Source: Dehalococcoidia bacterium (GTDB taxonomy: Bacteria > Chloroflexota > Dehalococcoidia > Lucifugimonadales > UBA3495). From it: 64,000 nt of DNA. The notes beneath the pieces were generated by a model. The model searched no databases. It saw only the letters and a program-made list of their open reading frames with translations, and was not told the DNA's origin. Numbering within the stretch: the first letter of the stretch is position 1; each line of letters begins with the position of its first letter. Below, one piece after another: positions 62,430 to 64,000 of the stretch. The translations under genes and the position numbers were made by a program. The stretch spans positions 3,628,962-3,692,961 of the forward strand of contig CBDCPE010000004.1 in the NCBI GenBank assembly GCA_965220055.1. Direction: 5' to 3'.

Positions 62430-63542
62430 CTAAGCTTGGTTGTTGGCCGCCCGTGCCGGTCGGTTCCTGTGAACGGACGAGACCTCGTGCATGCAGGCCA
62501 GGATCTCGCGGTAGGACCGCACTGGGCCGGTCTCGTGGTAGGGGATCCCCGTTAGCGGCAGAACTCCTTGATGATGGGACGGGCCCGGCCGAGCTGGTTG
62601 CGCGGGCATCATGGTGAACAGGTGGTGCTCGATTTGGTAGTTGAGCCCGCCGTACAGGAAGTCGACCACCGGGTTGGGCCTGACGTTGCGGCTGGTCAGC
62701 ACTTGGGTGCGCACGAAGTCCAGCGGGTTGTCGTCATCCAGGATCAGCATGCCCTTGTGGTTCGGCGCGAATACCGTGCCGTAGTAGATCACGAATATCG
62801 CTTGGTGGACCAGCGCGAAGGCCAGTGCCTGCCAGGGGCCCAGCGCGTAGACGAGCAAGCTGCAGTACAGCGCGGTATGCAGGGCCATGAGCATGGCTTC
62901 GATCGGCCAGCTGCCGGGGCGGCGCCTTCCGGCCAGGAACAGTGTGCTAGCCCATCGCATGCTCATGGATTCCATGGACAGGATCGGTATGAAGTAGAAG
63001 GCTCGTTAGGCGGTCGTCCGTCTGACGATGCCCCTCAGGCGTTTGGCTCGTTCTTTGGAGAAGGCCAGCACCGGTATGAGCGTGTGAGGGTCTTCGTACA
63101 GGTTGTTGGGAGTGCGGTGATGCTGGTTGTGCGTGGTTATCCACCACGACTGGCTGACGTTGATGAGCGCGCTGGCTGCGTAGCCGATGAGCCGGTTACC
63201 GCGGGCCGACCGGCAGATGGCCAGGTGTCCGGCGTCGTGGCCGATGTAGCCGATCTGTCCGAACACGAAAGCCAGGAACGCCGCGTCCGCCAGCTGGAAT
63301 CACGTGTTGTCCACGGTCAGCAAGACCGTGAGGCTCAGGGCCAGCATGGCGTTCGTAGACGCCATCTTTAGCGTGTAGTAGCCCAGCTGGCGCTCCAGCA
63401 GGCCCTGTTCGCGTATCCGCCGGGGCAGCTCCGCAAAGTCGGCGACCTCCGTGCTATTTTTGCTCTTATGCCGGATGGCGTCCGCTGTTTCTTTCTGCAG
63501 GTGTCCCGCGTCAACTAAATATGCCGAATCGCATTGCCTCAT
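62430..63542 (-). pseudogene. Membrane fatty-acid desaturase with in-frame TGA and TAA plus a compensated double frameshift
   Basis: The His boxes HDAGH, HNQHH and QIEHH are all in one frame but interrupted by TGA (63300-63302) and TAA (63006-63008). Around 62560-62620 the expected MPRNQLGRARPIIKEFCR is only readable in another frame. Confidence 0.8.
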
Positions 63543-63590
63543 TAAAAACGTTACCCACGCCGAATGGTTGCCTCAACTAGTGTTATGTAT

Positions 63591-64000
63591 CTAAAGTACA
63601 CCTGCAAAAACTGGCGACCTTGGCCAGGATCTGGTCGGCGGTCTTGGTCCAGATAAAGGGCTTGGGGTTTTCGTTGGTAAGGTCAAGATATTGGTAAGGT
63701 CAAGATAGCGGTAGATGGCGGCTTCCAGTGCCCCGCTGCTCTGATGCACCCCTCGCCGTAGTTGCTGCTCGGTCAGCATCCCGAACCACCGCTCCACCAG
63801 GTTCAGCCAGGATGCGCTGGTCGGCGTGAAGTGCAGGTGGAACCGTGGCCGCTTGGCTAACCAGTTCCGGATCAGTGTCGTCTGGTGGGTGGCGTAGTTG
63901 TCCACGATGAGATGGACGTCCCGGTCAAGGGGCACTTCGGCCTCAATGGTATCGAGGAACTTGCGGAACTCCACGGCCCGGTGGCGTCGGTGGCATTGGC
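63591..64000 (-). pseudogene. IS630-family transposase C-terminal part, frameshifted by a 17-bp tandem duplication; runs off the window
   Basis: DNYATHQT...HLHFTPTSASWLNLVERWF is the DDE/D35E region. After the duplication at 63674-63707, the proper C-terminus NENPKPFIWTKTADQILAKV is in another frame. Confidence 0.8.

Noticed and set aside
22619-63542. Genome-wide TGA=Trp (or TAA=Gln) codon reassignment, suggested by stops at conserved Trp/Gln positions in the DUF805 and desaturase genes
   Set aside because: TGA terminates many well-supported genes here at the expected protein ends (the dam-like MTase with ATGA coupling, vapC, yhhQ, thiolase, PolX). The affected genes also carry frameshifts, so pseudogenisation is the simpler reading.

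Overview
This window is a high-GC bacterial chromosomal segment with three kinds of content. Hand counts on a few 60-nt lines give about 62-75% GC in backbone genes and about 42-57% in accessory patches.

(1) Housekeeping and metabolic genes. These include amt-glnA-glnA2 nitrogen assimilation, a mitochondrial-type aconitase, PolX, ribosomal protein S1, a ferredoxin, a thiolase/DUF35 pair, a methylisocitrate-lyase-like enzyme, an amidohydrolase, two haloalkane dehalogenase paralogs, MFS/EamA/YhhQ transporters and tRNA-Phe.

(2) A very heavy load of mobile DNA. Present are an IS4/IS701-like element, an IS1380 remnant carrying a nested IS110, an IS5, an IS427-group IS5, three IS66 elements, two ISAs1 remnants, two IS630 remnants, two internally deleted IS5/IS1182-type derivatives and 131-bp MITE hairpins.

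(3) Many pseudogenes: amt paralog, dehalogenase paralog, DUF805, MFS, NYN, desaturase and several transposases.

The first ~12 kb is an AT-richer accessory island holding the two most interesting modules:
- A translationally coupled operon of a Dam-family methyltransferase, a ParB/Srx-fold HTH protein and an Mrr-cat/PD-(D/E)xK nuclease (815-3792). This does not fit canonical R-M architectures.
- A Hachiman-like pair: a HamA-like PD-(D/E)xK protein plus an oversized 1196-aa Ski2/Hel308-like helicase (7390-11869).

The island also contains debris of older defence genes, a 90-bp tandem repeat family that brackets it, and repeated hairpins.

A recurring mutational signature is seen across the window: perfect 14-20 bp tandem duplications, mostly inside transposase genes.

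All calls come from reading motifs in the supplied ORF translations and the DNA. No database search was possible.
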